A stretch of DNA of 64,000 nt, taken from assembly GCF_024521635.1 (NCBI RefSeq), contig NW_026250443.1, positions 1-64,000 on the forward strand, given 5' to 3'. The first letter of the stretch is position 1, and each line of letters opens with the position of its first letter. The notes beneath the pieces were generated by a model. That model worked only from the letters and a program-made list of their open reading frames with translations, ran no database searches and was not told the origin of the DNA. Shown here piece after piece: positions 1-11,455 of the stretch. A program made the position numbers and the translations under genes. This DNA is from Tricharina praecox. Taxonomy: Eukaryota.

Positions 1-199
1 ATGTATGTATTTGGCTATAGCTACAAATGCCCTTTTAATGCCGCGGAAAATACATAATATTAGATTTTGTCCGTAAGAGCAGGAAGCAGTCTGTTTCTGA
101 CATTATCGTGAATTGCATTTTGAAAAGAAAAAGAATGTTCTGAAGTAAAAGAATTGCAAGAAGTGCAGAAAAAAACGAAGTACAATGCGGGAAATATGT

Positions 200-1550
200 G
201 GTACAAATGCAACCATCAGTGACCAAAATGCAAGTGAATTCCCAGTAGCATTCCAAAAAGCATTTCTCTGTGCAAAAGGGCCCTCTCGAGTACGATGGAG
301 AGCAATCTGGGTGAATACAACTGGCTGTCCATTCTTCCAGTTGTTGGCGCCTGCAGCATCGATTCAAATAAAGAAGTCACAAAGCTGGTTCGATGCAGCA
401 TGATTGGGCATCTCCATTTTGACATTTCGAGGGTCTAGATAGTAGCCAGCCCAGTGAAGTGGTTTCAGTTGTCATTCCTGCCGTTCGATGAGATACTGAA
501 GTATAAAGGCTGCAGGGACTCAGGTGCTCAGGCTACGTGTTGTTGAAGATGTGTACAGATGGCACCCCAACATGGAATGACATGGCCAACATGGCTAATC
601 TCTGCCTCCAAAGCGTTCTGTCCCTCACAAATAAGTTGTAGAATATCGAGGGACTGCGACAAGTTGTTCCAAAACAGACGGCTGTGTACCAGTTGTACGA
701 TATCGTTTGGGGGACCGCTACGGTTATCAAAAACATAGCTCTGTAGCGGTTGCTGTGATCCCAAGACTGACGAAGCCGAGTTGTGTTGTGATCCCCATCG
801 TGTGATGACTGAAGCAAGAAGCGAAAGATGTTTGCTGTAATGATGTAGTTGATGGCCTCGAAGAATCGCAGACTGAAGATATGCACCGCGGAAGTAAGAC
901 ACAGTCTTTCTCACTCCCTGACTGACGATCTGAAACCAGAGAATCTTCACAACCACGTCTTTGATTAAGAGTTGCAGACCATGTGAATCACATGGAACAC
1001 ATAGTATCCGAATATCTGAAAACGGCTGTTCGAAATCCTCTCCAAGTAGCCTCCATACAGAGAACATCGTAGAGCAGGTATCAGTGGCAACAGAATTGAT
1101 CCGGTGGTAGTCTCCGCCGGTAATAACTCTCGACGGCGCTAGGATCCAATTGGTGTAATTGCGTGCAATAAGGTTACAACTGCCAACATCTTCTACCCTG
1201 TGAAAAAAGGGCGTATGGCTGGTATTGGCACTCATGCTAATGAGACGGTGCTTTGTAATGTCGGTGCTTTCGTGTGTGATGGTGTACATGCCTCATCCGT
1301 ATTGCTTTTCTCCCACGCCGCCGCGAGTTCGTCTGTACTCAGCGTGAAGAAATGTTCTGGCCAACGTAGTTCTGCCGGTAGGTACGTATGAGCGGTTGAG
1401 GTCTTCGAGAAACTGCTTCACGTAATAGTTGTTGAGGAGGTTGAACGGTAGGTTGGCGGTGAACATGACTAGTGCTAATGCCTGGTCGATTTCCTTCTTC
1501 TCGGCCGAAGATAGGACTTTGATGAGTGTAATCGCGTCTTCATATTATCG
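200..1550 (-). mobile_element. Degenerate hAT-superfamily transposase remnant
   Basis: Minus-strand translation gives hAT-type motifs: ANLPFNLLNNYY, CDSHGLQLLIKD, SVITRWGS and LHWAGYYLDPRN (~430-465), interrupted by stops and frameshifts. No TIRs recognised; boundaries approximate. Confidence 0.8.
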
Positions 1551-4486
1551 GGTTGCCATCCACACCACCGCTTGAACGTCTTTAACGTGACGATCTGAAA
1601 AGACTTCAAAACCTTGCCCAATTGGGCTTAATAATCCGAACGTCCGGCCCCCATCCCCTCACAGCCCAGACGCTTCCACACGTCCGTCCGGAGACGAAAT
1701 ATGTGTAGATCTTCTCTAGTGATAAGATCAACGTTTGGAGCTCCATTCGTTTGAATGTCGCCTCTCTCTGGCCGCTCATCTGGGGGAGGGCCATCAGTGC
1801 CTTCAGCTCCGACAACCTCTGGCGCGCATTCGCAAGCACGACCGGCACGGCATCCCGTAATTGTGGAACCTAAGGGGCCCCCACCACCTCAGGCTCCTGG
1901 AGCCATCTGCTGCAGTCGTCTCTCCATGTCCGGCTAACTCCTCTGAGCTTTGGCCGAAACCGGGGAATCCGCTTGCGCTGAACGGCCGCCACGGTGGGTT
2001 GAATGTTCCCTCCGTTAGTCACCTCGCTCATGTCCGCTTCGCTGACCACCAGCGCATCGGCAACGACAGAACGAGGTGACGTCGAGAGGGTAACACCAAG
2101 CCGTTTCCGTGGCGGCTCGTCCTCGTCCTCCCGGCGCTTGCGCTTTGGCACGCCGTTGGTAGCAGTAATTCGGGTTGGGCCGGATGCAAGTGAAGGGCGC
2201 ATAGAGGACGAACCTCCGTCAGGCAACTCGATACCTTTCGGTTCCAAGACCGCCGGCTTCACTCTTCTTGCCTGGCCCAATCCGGGCTGTACACAATCAG
2301 CGCGCGAGCCTGACACCTCACTTTGGAGGAGCTGGAGCTGCAACCATAATTAGTAAATCAGTCGGACTTCTCATGCCAAAAGGTTTTCAGTACTCCACCC
2401 ACCCCTTCAATCACATCTTGGCTTTGGGTCTCAAGCCCCTGTTTATAATCTTCATCGATTATTTGCTCAGCGAGCTCAAGGCCACGGCGCTTGCGCGAGA
2501 TAAGCTCTGCGACCATGTTGGGAGCGTCAACCGGCTCCCCGTTGGGCATGAACGCGATTGACGCCAGTATGGCGCTAAGAGATCGACGCTCAGCGCTCGG
2601 AGGGACGGATTGCTCTGTAAGAATGCGACGATATCAGCTCAACTCTTTTGCTAATTCTCTGATACTGCAGGCTGTGCGTCTCCGATGGATGGAAAACGTA
2701 CGTGTGGAGATGTGGACGGTCTTGGTTTTCTTCAATACCTGGTTTACCAGGGCATTGTCTGCGGTGGCGTGGCCTGCCTTTCGTTTCGTCGTGAGATTTG
2801 TTTGGTTGATTTGGTTGGATCCGGTTGTTTCACGGATGTTGCAGTATGCTGAGTTTCGAAGATGGCAAAGTCTTGAAGGTTGGCTGTTTGCAATGTCGTG
2901 ATGTGTAGAGGAGTAAAAGGAACACGGTGGAATATATAAGAGTGTGGTTGAGCTAGTGCAGCAAACATGGACAATCATGTGACGCAGCTCTAGCGACGTG
3001 AGCTCAACATTCCCGATTGACGTTCGCACAGCTCTTCTGTGTAGAATCCAGCTAGCGCTCAGCCTGAGTGGATTAACCACAAACATACTGGTAAAGTTTG
3101 ATGTCATTTGCCTGGATTTGCAGCAAACAGCACATGCTCACTGAAGCATACTGGATACTTGACCGGATCTAGCAGAAATATGCAGGCTCCATTACACCTG
3201 CTTGATCACAGATACTAATACGTATTTCGGCAGCATTAAAAGAGCATTTGTACATAAGCTACAGCTAAATAATAGATGACAAATTTCGATGACGCCGCCA
3301 ATTACTGATAATGTGCGCTTGTTTAGTAAGGCGAAAAGGTACTGTTTCCCGCCTTCCATTTTGACTCCATCAGGTGGTAACAGTAGCTCAGCTAAAGATA
3401 CAGATCACTGCACGCGTTAGCATGCTACCATGTGAGGTCATTCAGAAACAACAGTATCTGTAGGTTTGCCGGGCCTGCCACAACCACTTCGCTGTGTATG
3501 AAAGCACGGCAATGACCAGCTGAGAGAAAACAAATTCACAGCAAAACCTATCGGCTTGAATACCGATGTGCGGGTTTACATAATAGAGATACCCCAACGG
3601 TTCATCAACGCTGCGGTCAAACACCACTGGTTGTTTGGCTTTACAAAAGAACGAAGCTCACCACCTTCATCCAACAGTTAACATCATCCAAAAAAAGAGC
3701 AATGTGAACTAGTAGGCCGTGTAAACATCTCCATGCTCTTCATCATCCGCGCCGCATTCGTACATGATACTGTCACTCGCCTTTTTACCGGTATGCATCT
3801 GTTGCAGTGAACACGGCGGCAGCGTTCTTGCCACCGTTCACGAGCGGCCCAATCTTCACCGCCAGAAGAATGCATGTCCGCATACATCAGCGTCTGGTGT
3901 GAGCAGGTATACGAGAGCGAACTACTGCTTGGCATTTCGATGGTGCTAGGTACTGCTGCTTTCCTTGGAATGTAGGTACTATATACCTATTGTCTTGGGC
4001 AAAACCATTGGCCGCCCAATAACTTTCATGCTTCCAAACTGCCTCCCCGGGTCATCTTGGGCTATCTAAGGCTCGACCTGGTTGGAGTACTGGACAGACT
4101 GTCCATTCCAGAAGAATGCTGTAGTTAAACTCGTTATCATTCCTATAATCACCTCCGTGCGGTCCGGGTGGCGACCCAGCGCTGAGCCTGCCCCTGACGG
4201 CCTGGCGGAGGCGCGCACGAAAACCGACGTCGTCCGTGTAGACTGCCGGTAGTTATCCTAGCCGCACATCATTTGGCGGGGATAATGATTGACTGTACTC
4301 TACTCTACCTTGCTCGCGCTACGCACTTTTCCGAGATCTAGAGTATCTAACCTTGCTTCTCGGAGATCTGCAGCTCACGGTCCTAGATATCGGGCCCAAC
4401 CGCTCCGCGCTTTCGGCTTACGCGAAAACTGCGCGCTGTGGGTCTCCTACTACAAGGTATCCAGCCGATCGGGTTGGCGATGCCCA

Positions 4487-4570
4487 TCCGGACGCCTTCT
4501 CCGAACACACGGAGGTAGGTTACCGTCGGCCCTGCCATAGACTGTCAGTGGCCGGGGTTCAGATCCTCCG
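4487..4570 (+). promoter_or_regulatory. Conserved upstream motif pair of secreted paralog 1
   Basis: TCCGGACGCCTTCTCCGA (4487) and GCCGGGGTTCAGATCCTCCG (4551), also present upstream of paralogs 2 and 3; TATAAA-like box near 4732. Confidence 0.6.
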
Positions 4571-4851
4571 GAGCTACTCGTGGGTAACCACCATGCGAGC
4601 TCCCCGATTGCGGAGAGCGGGTTATCATCGGGGGATCGGTTGGTTGGGGGTGTCTACGTAGGAGGCGGGCAGAGTGTGGGACGAGAGCAAGAGCTTGGCG
4701 AAGAGGTTCCTCTCGACACGGAGAGCGTGGATATAAATGTTCTCAAACGCCGCTTTCAGAGCGTATTCCACATCCACCAGCTCGCACATTACTCCTACCA
4801 GATCTTGATACTCCTTTGCACAACTCCTCAATATTCTACACAGCCGTCAAC

Positions 4852-5419
4852 ATGCAGCTGTCGCTCTTCTCCACCATCACCCTGTGGCTTGCGGTCACCG
4901 CCATTGCCGCCCCTATCACCGAGCATGGCAAAACTACGCAGCTATGTAAGTTCGTGTGCGATGAAGCCGCTGCCAGTACCAACTCGGCCACCGAGGATGG
5001 CGAAACTACGCAGCTATGTACGCTACCCCACTGAACCGCACTTCCTTCATCTTCGCCGGTATGTTGAGTAGAAGGAATATTCACTGACCCAAGCTAAAGC
5101 CACGGCCGGCAACGGAGAAAGCCTGTCCCACGAGTCAGCGTGCACTATAGGCGATGAGGAAATCATGCACGGGAACGCCGACCACGAATTCAAAACAATG
5201 TGCGAAGAACAAGGCGGAAAGCTGTGACAGGAGTGCTTCCTCAACGGCGACGAGTTCGTTCCCTTAGCCACAGATTTGATCCCCGACGAGTGCGCGTGGA
5301 CTTGCTACAGGGAGGGTGGGACGCTGCAGGACGTCGTGCCCAGTGCTCCGGCCGTCGGGAAGCGCCAGATCCGCTTTGGCGACCCAGAGTGTTTGCTTTT
5401 GGCGTGTTTCGGACAGTAG
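4852..5419 (+). pseudogene. Secreted Cys-module paralog 1 (one module plus short C-terminal peptide), in-frame TGA at 5225
   Basis: Signal peptide MQLSLFSTITLWLAVTAIAAP; GT donors at 4946/5018, acceptor ~5093-5099. Exon 2 reads ...ESACTIGDEEIMHGNADHEFKTMCEEQGGKL*QECFLNGD...WTCYREGGTLQDVVPSAPAVGKR|QIRFGDPECLLLACFGQ*, homologous to paralogs 2 and 3. Confidence 0.75.
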
Positions 5420-6328
5420 CAGAGGAGGTGTGGATCTGTGGCAGTTTTGTGTGTTTAGTTTGTACAATATCAATGTACTTTGTTTGAACTTTGTACAGAA
5501 TAGCTGAATGGGAATAATGTGGATTCGAATGCGTTTGCCCAGACTAATCAATGGATGCCCGGCTCGTGTTGTTCTCCGATGGTCTATTCCGAACTACGGG
5601 CAAGAATTAGTATGTCAAACCTTTGCCGCCGCACCCTTAGTTGACCAAAGTTTTTCAACAGAGTCCGCGATCAGGTGAGTTCCATACCGCGTAGCTCAGC
5701 GATAGTCTCCGTCATCACGGCAGTGGGATTTGTTCCTGCAGCTGTGCGACATAGCTGTGGTGATACTTCGCGTTATAATGCTCGGAGGTTTGAGGAAAAT
5801 GGGTTAAACACAGACAAAAAACCACCGGCACGACTGCATTGCGTAGGTAGATACTCTAAGACACTCCTTCCCACAGCACACCGTCCCCGAACTGTAGCGC
5901 GAGCACCCGGTTTCAGTCGAAGTCGCGAATTTACCTTGCCATCATCGATATCGTCATCGGCTGGTAAACGCGGTTTACCCATTGAGCACTGCTCGAACAC
6001 TGCTCCGTGTACGTCTAGTGTAATAGTTAGTCCCCGGAATCTCTATCGATCGGGATAACTTACAGTTCCCTGATCGCGCTGTCTCTCCGGCGAGATCCCA
6101 CTAGTCATCGCATCTCCGAAATCTTCAGCCCACGCCAGTATCCCTGCATTGATTAGTGTACCATAGTCGTGTTAGTGTTCCGAAGCTATCCCATCTCCCA
6201 CGTGCCACCGCGGGGGCCAACCTCGCAGTCCATCAGCGCACACGCAAGGAGCAACAAGCGATATCTGTCATGTGCTTCCGCTGTGCGGATTCCCAAGTTG
6301 ATTGAGGCGGTCGGCGGCGCCGCTCCGC

Positions 6329-6412
6329 TCCGGACGCCTCCTCCGAGAAACACCATGTCGGCGCCGGTGCCGGCAACCCTTGCAATCGGCTTGCCGGGGT
6401 TCGGATTCTCCG
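6329..6412 (+). promoter_or_regulatory. Conserved upstream motif pair of secreted paralog 2
   Basis: TCCGGACGCCTCCTCCGA (6329) and GCCGGGGTTCGGATTCTCCG (6393); TATAAG near 6586. Confidence 0.6.
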
Positions 6413-6702
6413 AGGCTTATCGTAATATCCGGCCCCAGAAGGAGGACTGGTCCAGGTCTAGGTGATCGGCTTGTCGTCGAGTAGAGGTGATTTTGGCCAA
6501 GTATCTAGGTGGGAAGCAAACAACATGCAGGGAGAGGGTGAAGAGCTCGGTGAAGAAGCGACTCAGGCCGCGAAGGGGGTGGACATATAAGATAATCTTT
6601 CGCGCCGACTGCAGAAAATATTCCCCATCCAACATCTCGCACACTCCACTCCTACAACGATCCCAATACTCCTCCTCGATACTTACATACACCTCCATCA
6701 AG

Positions 6703-7161
6703 ATGCAATTCTCACTCTACTCCCTCGCCGCCATCTTCTTTGCGGTCAATGCAATTGCCGCGCCGCTCGCCGACCACGCTGAATCAATGCAGCCAGGTAA
6801 GTCACTCCCCGTCTTCTCCGCCACCGTCCCTTTCACCATCGGTGGCTGCGGGAAGAAGCAATTACTAATTCGTGACCCAGCCGTCGACAAGCGACAAGCA
6901 ACGGACCGTGTCCGGGTAGTCTGCGATTTGGGCCATAACTCGAGGGGGGAGAACCTGCCGGCGACCCAGCGTTACAAAAAGTACTGCGAGGACCGGGGCG
7001 GAAGACTGCGCCAGGAGTGCTTCCACGACGGCGTAAACATCGAGCGCGATCTGATGCCCGAGTTCAATAGATTCCCTGAGCTCCACGTCGAAGACTGCCG
7101 GAGACATGGCGGCGAGTTGCGCGACGTCGCGCTCAGTGGCCCGGCTGTTGCGAAAAGGTAG
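6703..7161 (+). CDS. Secreted Kex2-processed Cys-module protein, paralog 2 (single module, intact)
   Basis: Signal peptide MQFSLYSLAAIFFAVNAIAAP; intron 6797-6880 (GTAAGT...ACTAAT...CAG); propeptide ends AVDKR|Q; module C-x20-C-x10-C-x25-C ending GPAVAKR-stop. Confidence 0.85.
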   Translation: MQFSLYSLAAIFFAVNAIAAPLADHAESMQPGKSLPVFSATVPFTIGGCGKKQLLIRDPAVDKRQATDRVRVVCDLGHNSRGENLPATQRYKKYCEDRGGRLRQECFHDGVNIERDLMPEFNRFPELHVEDCRRHGGELRDVALSGPAVAKR

Positions 7162-8003
7162 GTGGACGAGGCGGAAGGAAAGGTGGAAGAAGGGAAGGGC
7201 TGGGCGGAGGAGAAGATTAATGTATGAATGGTCGAGAGCTGAATAGCTGGGGAATGTTTCTTTCCGAAGTGGTCGTACATATTTCACTTTGTTCAATACC
7301 TACTTACTTTGTAATTGTTTGCGGAAATGGATTTGGATGGCAATGTGAATTCGAGTCCTTTCGTCTTGGTGTCTCGCTTCCACCGGTTCCGGACAGACGA
7401 TTACTTGGTCCGTGTCCGTCTACGACACGGTCTGATACTGTAAGTCGGAGGCGGGTCTCGGGTAGCAAGCTACAATGTATGTAGTGGGTGACGGAGAGGT
7501 TCCACCCAGGTGAGACCGACCGTGATGTTGGAGGAGACGTCATCTCTGTCATGTACTCGGCTATTATTTATCTCATGATTCCACTAGTATTACTGCCGGA
7601 CGGATTGCTTCCTCTCCTCAGTATGTATCGAAGGTCATGGGGAGGTTCAGGTTGGCGAAACCGCCGAATATATCGTAGGTATCGTTGGTGGTACATACCT
7701 GGACTAGTAGTTAAGAAGAAGCAGAGACTGCCGGTGACCAACACGCGCCTTCCAGCAGTGCTGCGTCACGATCCTCAGGAACTGAGTGGCAGCTAGGTTG
7801 TGAGCTCCTGGAGACATGTCTCAGGATTCAGCTCATCCCGTCCCTGTACTCTCTGGATCGGCAAGACCATCCCATCACAGCGCATCCTTCCGCACGCACG
7901 AAAGCAGCGCCAGCGCCGTCCCCGTCTTTTCTTATATTTGAGCCTCCATACATCCGTGGTGCGGCGGCGATCATGTATTATCCGAGCGGTTTACCGGTCC
8001 CGC

Positions 8004-8048
8004 TCCGGACGCCCGCCTCCGAAACCGTGCCGGGGTTCGGGTCCTCCG
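8004..8048 (+). promoter_or_regulatory. Conserved upstream motif pair of secreted paralog 3
   Basis: TCCGGACGCCCGCCTCCGA (8004) and GCCGGGGTTCGGGTCCTCCG (8029); TATATAAG near 8250. Confidence 0.6.
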
Positions 8049-8397
8049 AAGCTAGCCAGATAACTGAACATTGCGTCCGAGCGCCTACGGGACGGCTGGG
8101 CTCGATCTGGGAGCACGTTAATCGTTGGGGTCGGTTGTGTGAATGTAGCTAAGTCACTCGGTGTGCGTAGGAAGCAGGATGAAGACCGTGGGAAAGCGGA
8201 GTGGTCGGTGAAGAGACGGCTCTGGTCGCCAACGGGCTGGAGATGTCGGTATATAAGACGTCCTCTCCCGCTCCCTTCAGTGTATTCCTCATCCAGCCAC
8301 TCGCACACGCTTCTCTCCACGGTCTCCAGGCTCCTGCAGGATCTCAATACTCGATTCTCTCGCACCCTTCGGTCCACAACACAACACATCAGTCAAG

Positions 8398-9331
8398 ATG
8401 CAGACCTCATTCTCCACCCTCATCACGCTGTGCCTCGCCGCCAGCGCCATCGCCGCCCCAGCGCACCTCTGTAAGCTTCCCTCCAGTGCAACCAGTCATT
8501 ACCCCAAGCTAACTCCCTCCCCCAGTCACGAAGCGCCAATCCGTACCTGCAGCATTCTGCGACCTCGCGCCCGGCATCAGCATACCCGGGCCTGCGACAC
8601 GGGAGTTCCAGCAGGGGTGCACATCACGCGGGGGCATGCTTCGCTAGGAGTGCTTCAGCGGCGACAGATTTGTCCCCTTACCCTTCCCAACGAATGTGCC
8701 ACAACCTCCGCACGATGTGCGAGAGTCGGTCTGTCGCAATGCCGGCGGCGAGCTGCGGGATGTCCTCGGCCCCGCCGTGGAGAAGCGGCAATCCGAAGGG
8801 CTTCCTGCATTCTGCACATTCGGGACGCCGATCGACACGGCCGGGCCTGTGACGCGGCAGTTCCAGCAAGATTGCACCTCGCGCGGGGGCACACTGCGCC
8901 AGGAGTGTTTCCGGGACGGCGGACGCGTGTTCTTTGCCAACCCGTTTGGGCGACAGCTCCCGCGTAAGCAGCGAGAGGAGGAATGCCGCAACAACGGCGG
9001 CGAGATGCGGGATGTCCTAGGCCCCGCCGTGGCGAAGCGGCAAATCGAAGAGCCTATTGCAATCTACAGAACCTCGTCGGGAATCGACTCGCACGGGCCT
9101 GTGACGCGGGAGTTCGAACAGGTGTGCGAGGAGCGCGGGGGCATGCTTCGCTGGGAGTGCTTCGCCGACGGCAAAGTCGTGTACTTTGGCTCCCCGTTTG
9201 GGCCACACCTCCCGGACAACCTGCGAGATGAGCAATGCCGCAACAGCGGCGGCGAGATGCGGGATGTCCTCGACTCCGCCGTGGAGAAGCGACAAGACGA
9301 TGATATGACGGATGAGGGGGAGGACAGTTAG
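8398..9331 (+). CDS. Secreted Kex2-processed repeat polyprotein, paralog 3 (three 84-aa modules plus acidic tail), in-frame TAG at 8645
   Basis: Signal peptide MQTSFSTLITLCLAASAIAAP; intron 8471-8525 (GTAAGC...GCTAAC...CAG). KR|Q junctions with Q codons at 8537, 8789, 9041, 9293 (exact 252-bp period); tail QDDDMTDEGEDS*. May be a pseudogene or an edited gene. Confidence 0.85.
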
Positions 9332-11269
9332 GAGGAGGATGCGTAGGCGGTGGAGCTGGCTTGGGTTCATGAATTGTACACACATGTTTTTTCTCTTTCG
9401 TTTCAATGAATATCCAAGTACTTTGCAACTGTTTGGCAGAGCGAAGTCGGATTGTAATCGATGGTGCGAAGTAATTCTTTCGGCTTAGTGATGTCCGAAC
9501 GCCTGCCGCTCGATCCGTATCCTCCACCCGCCTCCAAGCCAATCTGATACTGCGAAAATGCAGCGCGTCATGCTGGTCTATAGTATCAGCGCAGCGACGA
9601 AGAGGATCCAACGACGGGTTGCACCAGCTCATTCCGCATACCTCAACCACGCGCATGTACCGCCTCTAAATACCACTACCTTTCCCATGTTACAGTAGCA
9701 GTTGCGACATTTGAATCAGGGTCATTGGGGGCCGTCGAGGTTGAGATCTACGATGCCGGGATCAATGCTGTCTAACTGGGGTTCGCCGTCGCTGTCCACG
9801 TCTTCAGGATTCTCTTCGCTTCAATCTCCCTCACTCCCATCCACCACTACCACCACCACAATCTCCACCTCTTCAAACGCCTGGGATTTCGATCCGGGAC
9901 TGATGCACTCGACTACCGGCATAGTTCCGATGCAGGAAATCATCTACCGGTACTTCTGCTCTGCCCGGCATCAGAGTCGTCGGCGGCGAGAAATGCCAGT
10001 CCAAAACCGAGCGCCCACTCACGGCGAATCCTTCGGCATCGGCGAAGCGATCGAGGTCCGTACGGTACCGTATGTAGACTACTAGTCATGGCCGTTGTCC
10101 ACCGTTGTAACTTGTCCACCGTTGTCCACTCTCCACCATCATCTCTACTTTACATCTTAACCATCTTCCAAATACCACTCTCGAATTCGGATCGTATTTT
10201 AATAATTGAATCACAATATTTCTGTGCTGCCTTACAAGACGTTCTCTTTCCTTGCCTTGAATTCTCCTCCGCGGCACATGGTGAAGTGTGACTTTTGCGA
10301 ACAACTGTAGGTACCATAGCAGTCACCGTCGCCGTCTCCGACCCACTGTGCTTCCAAACATCTTCGAGAAGAAGAAGCCTGCAAAGCGCGGGTTGATCTC
10401 TGCCTCGCTCCTGCTGTTGGTTTTATCGACAGAGCGCTACGACGCGCTGTCGCTGGTATCATTGTCGGCCTGAGAGCGCTTGATGTGCTCATGTCTGTGG
10501 CTCGTGAACCAACTTCCTTCCACCGCCCATCGTATCTCACCCGTGAACACTGAATAGGTGCTTACGTTGCGGTAACTGAAAGCAAGTATCTAGATTTGAT
10601 TTAACTAAGAATGAGCCTTCGGCCACGCTTAGAAGAGATGAATGGGCGGCTTCCTTCTGAAGTTCTCTGCTTGACAAAAAGTCCACTAGTCCCTGAGTCC
10701 GGTCTGTTGCGATGCGCATTGCCCTGAACCTCAAGCATTCGCAGACGCTTCAGAGTGGCGGAAACGTCCAGAGCAAAAATGTGAATGGAGGGGGGCTAAT
10801 GTTGCGGCCTATCTTCTGCTATACAGGTTATCTGCCAGCCCTCCGCGGTAGCAGTGGCAGTGAGGAAGAACGCATGCGTTCTCTGCAGGCGTGGCTCCAA
10901 AGATGAGGACGAGAAATCCTTGAGCCACTCCGTGAGGGCCTCAAGTTCTTTCTCAGAAAATCATGTTAAGCTCTGTCGTGCTAGGGATAGAGCATTGCAA
11001 TTATTGCTCTTCAACGAGAAATTTCTAGTAAGCGCGGTGGGGGGGGGGGTTTGCTTCCGAATTTGCGTTACGATTGACGAGTTCGATTGATCTGACATGG
11101 CCCACATATGCAGCTGCCACCCGGGCCCTAACCTAAAAAAAAGCAGCGCCGAGCAGCGAGCAGCGAGCAGCAGCAGCAGCAGCAGCAGCGAGCAGCAAAG
11201 CAGGCGGGCAGATGATGCGGGAAAAGTAGAATGGGACGTTACGGTTGGCAAATAACTCATGTTTTACGG

Positions 11270-11350
11270 ATGGCTTCGGGATGGCGAGAAACCATGGCAA
11301 CACATCTCGGTCGACTTTGTCACTGGCCTACCGCCCTCGAAGGAGTTTGA
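11270..11350 (+). mobile_element. Ty3/gypsy integrase fragment
   Basis: EKPWQHISVDFVTGLPPSKEFD matches the PW..IS.DF.T.LP.S start of the gypsy integrase core. Confidence 0.75.
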
Positions 11351-11455
11351 CGGTCCTCCCATACCGATTATGGGCAAACCACGACCGGCGAAGAACCCAC
11401 AGCCAATCGGCATTGACAGATCTAACATCCAATTACGTGTCCAGATGAAACACTA

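Noticed and set aside
1600..3950. Several minus-strand ORFs upstream of the hAT remnant
   Set aside because: Possibly a decayed gene or TE, but no recognisable motif to support a call.
9700..10950. Possible degraded gene (EEACKARVDLCL segment)
   Set aside because: Only a weak resemblance to fungal nuclease-like families; frames too broken to support.
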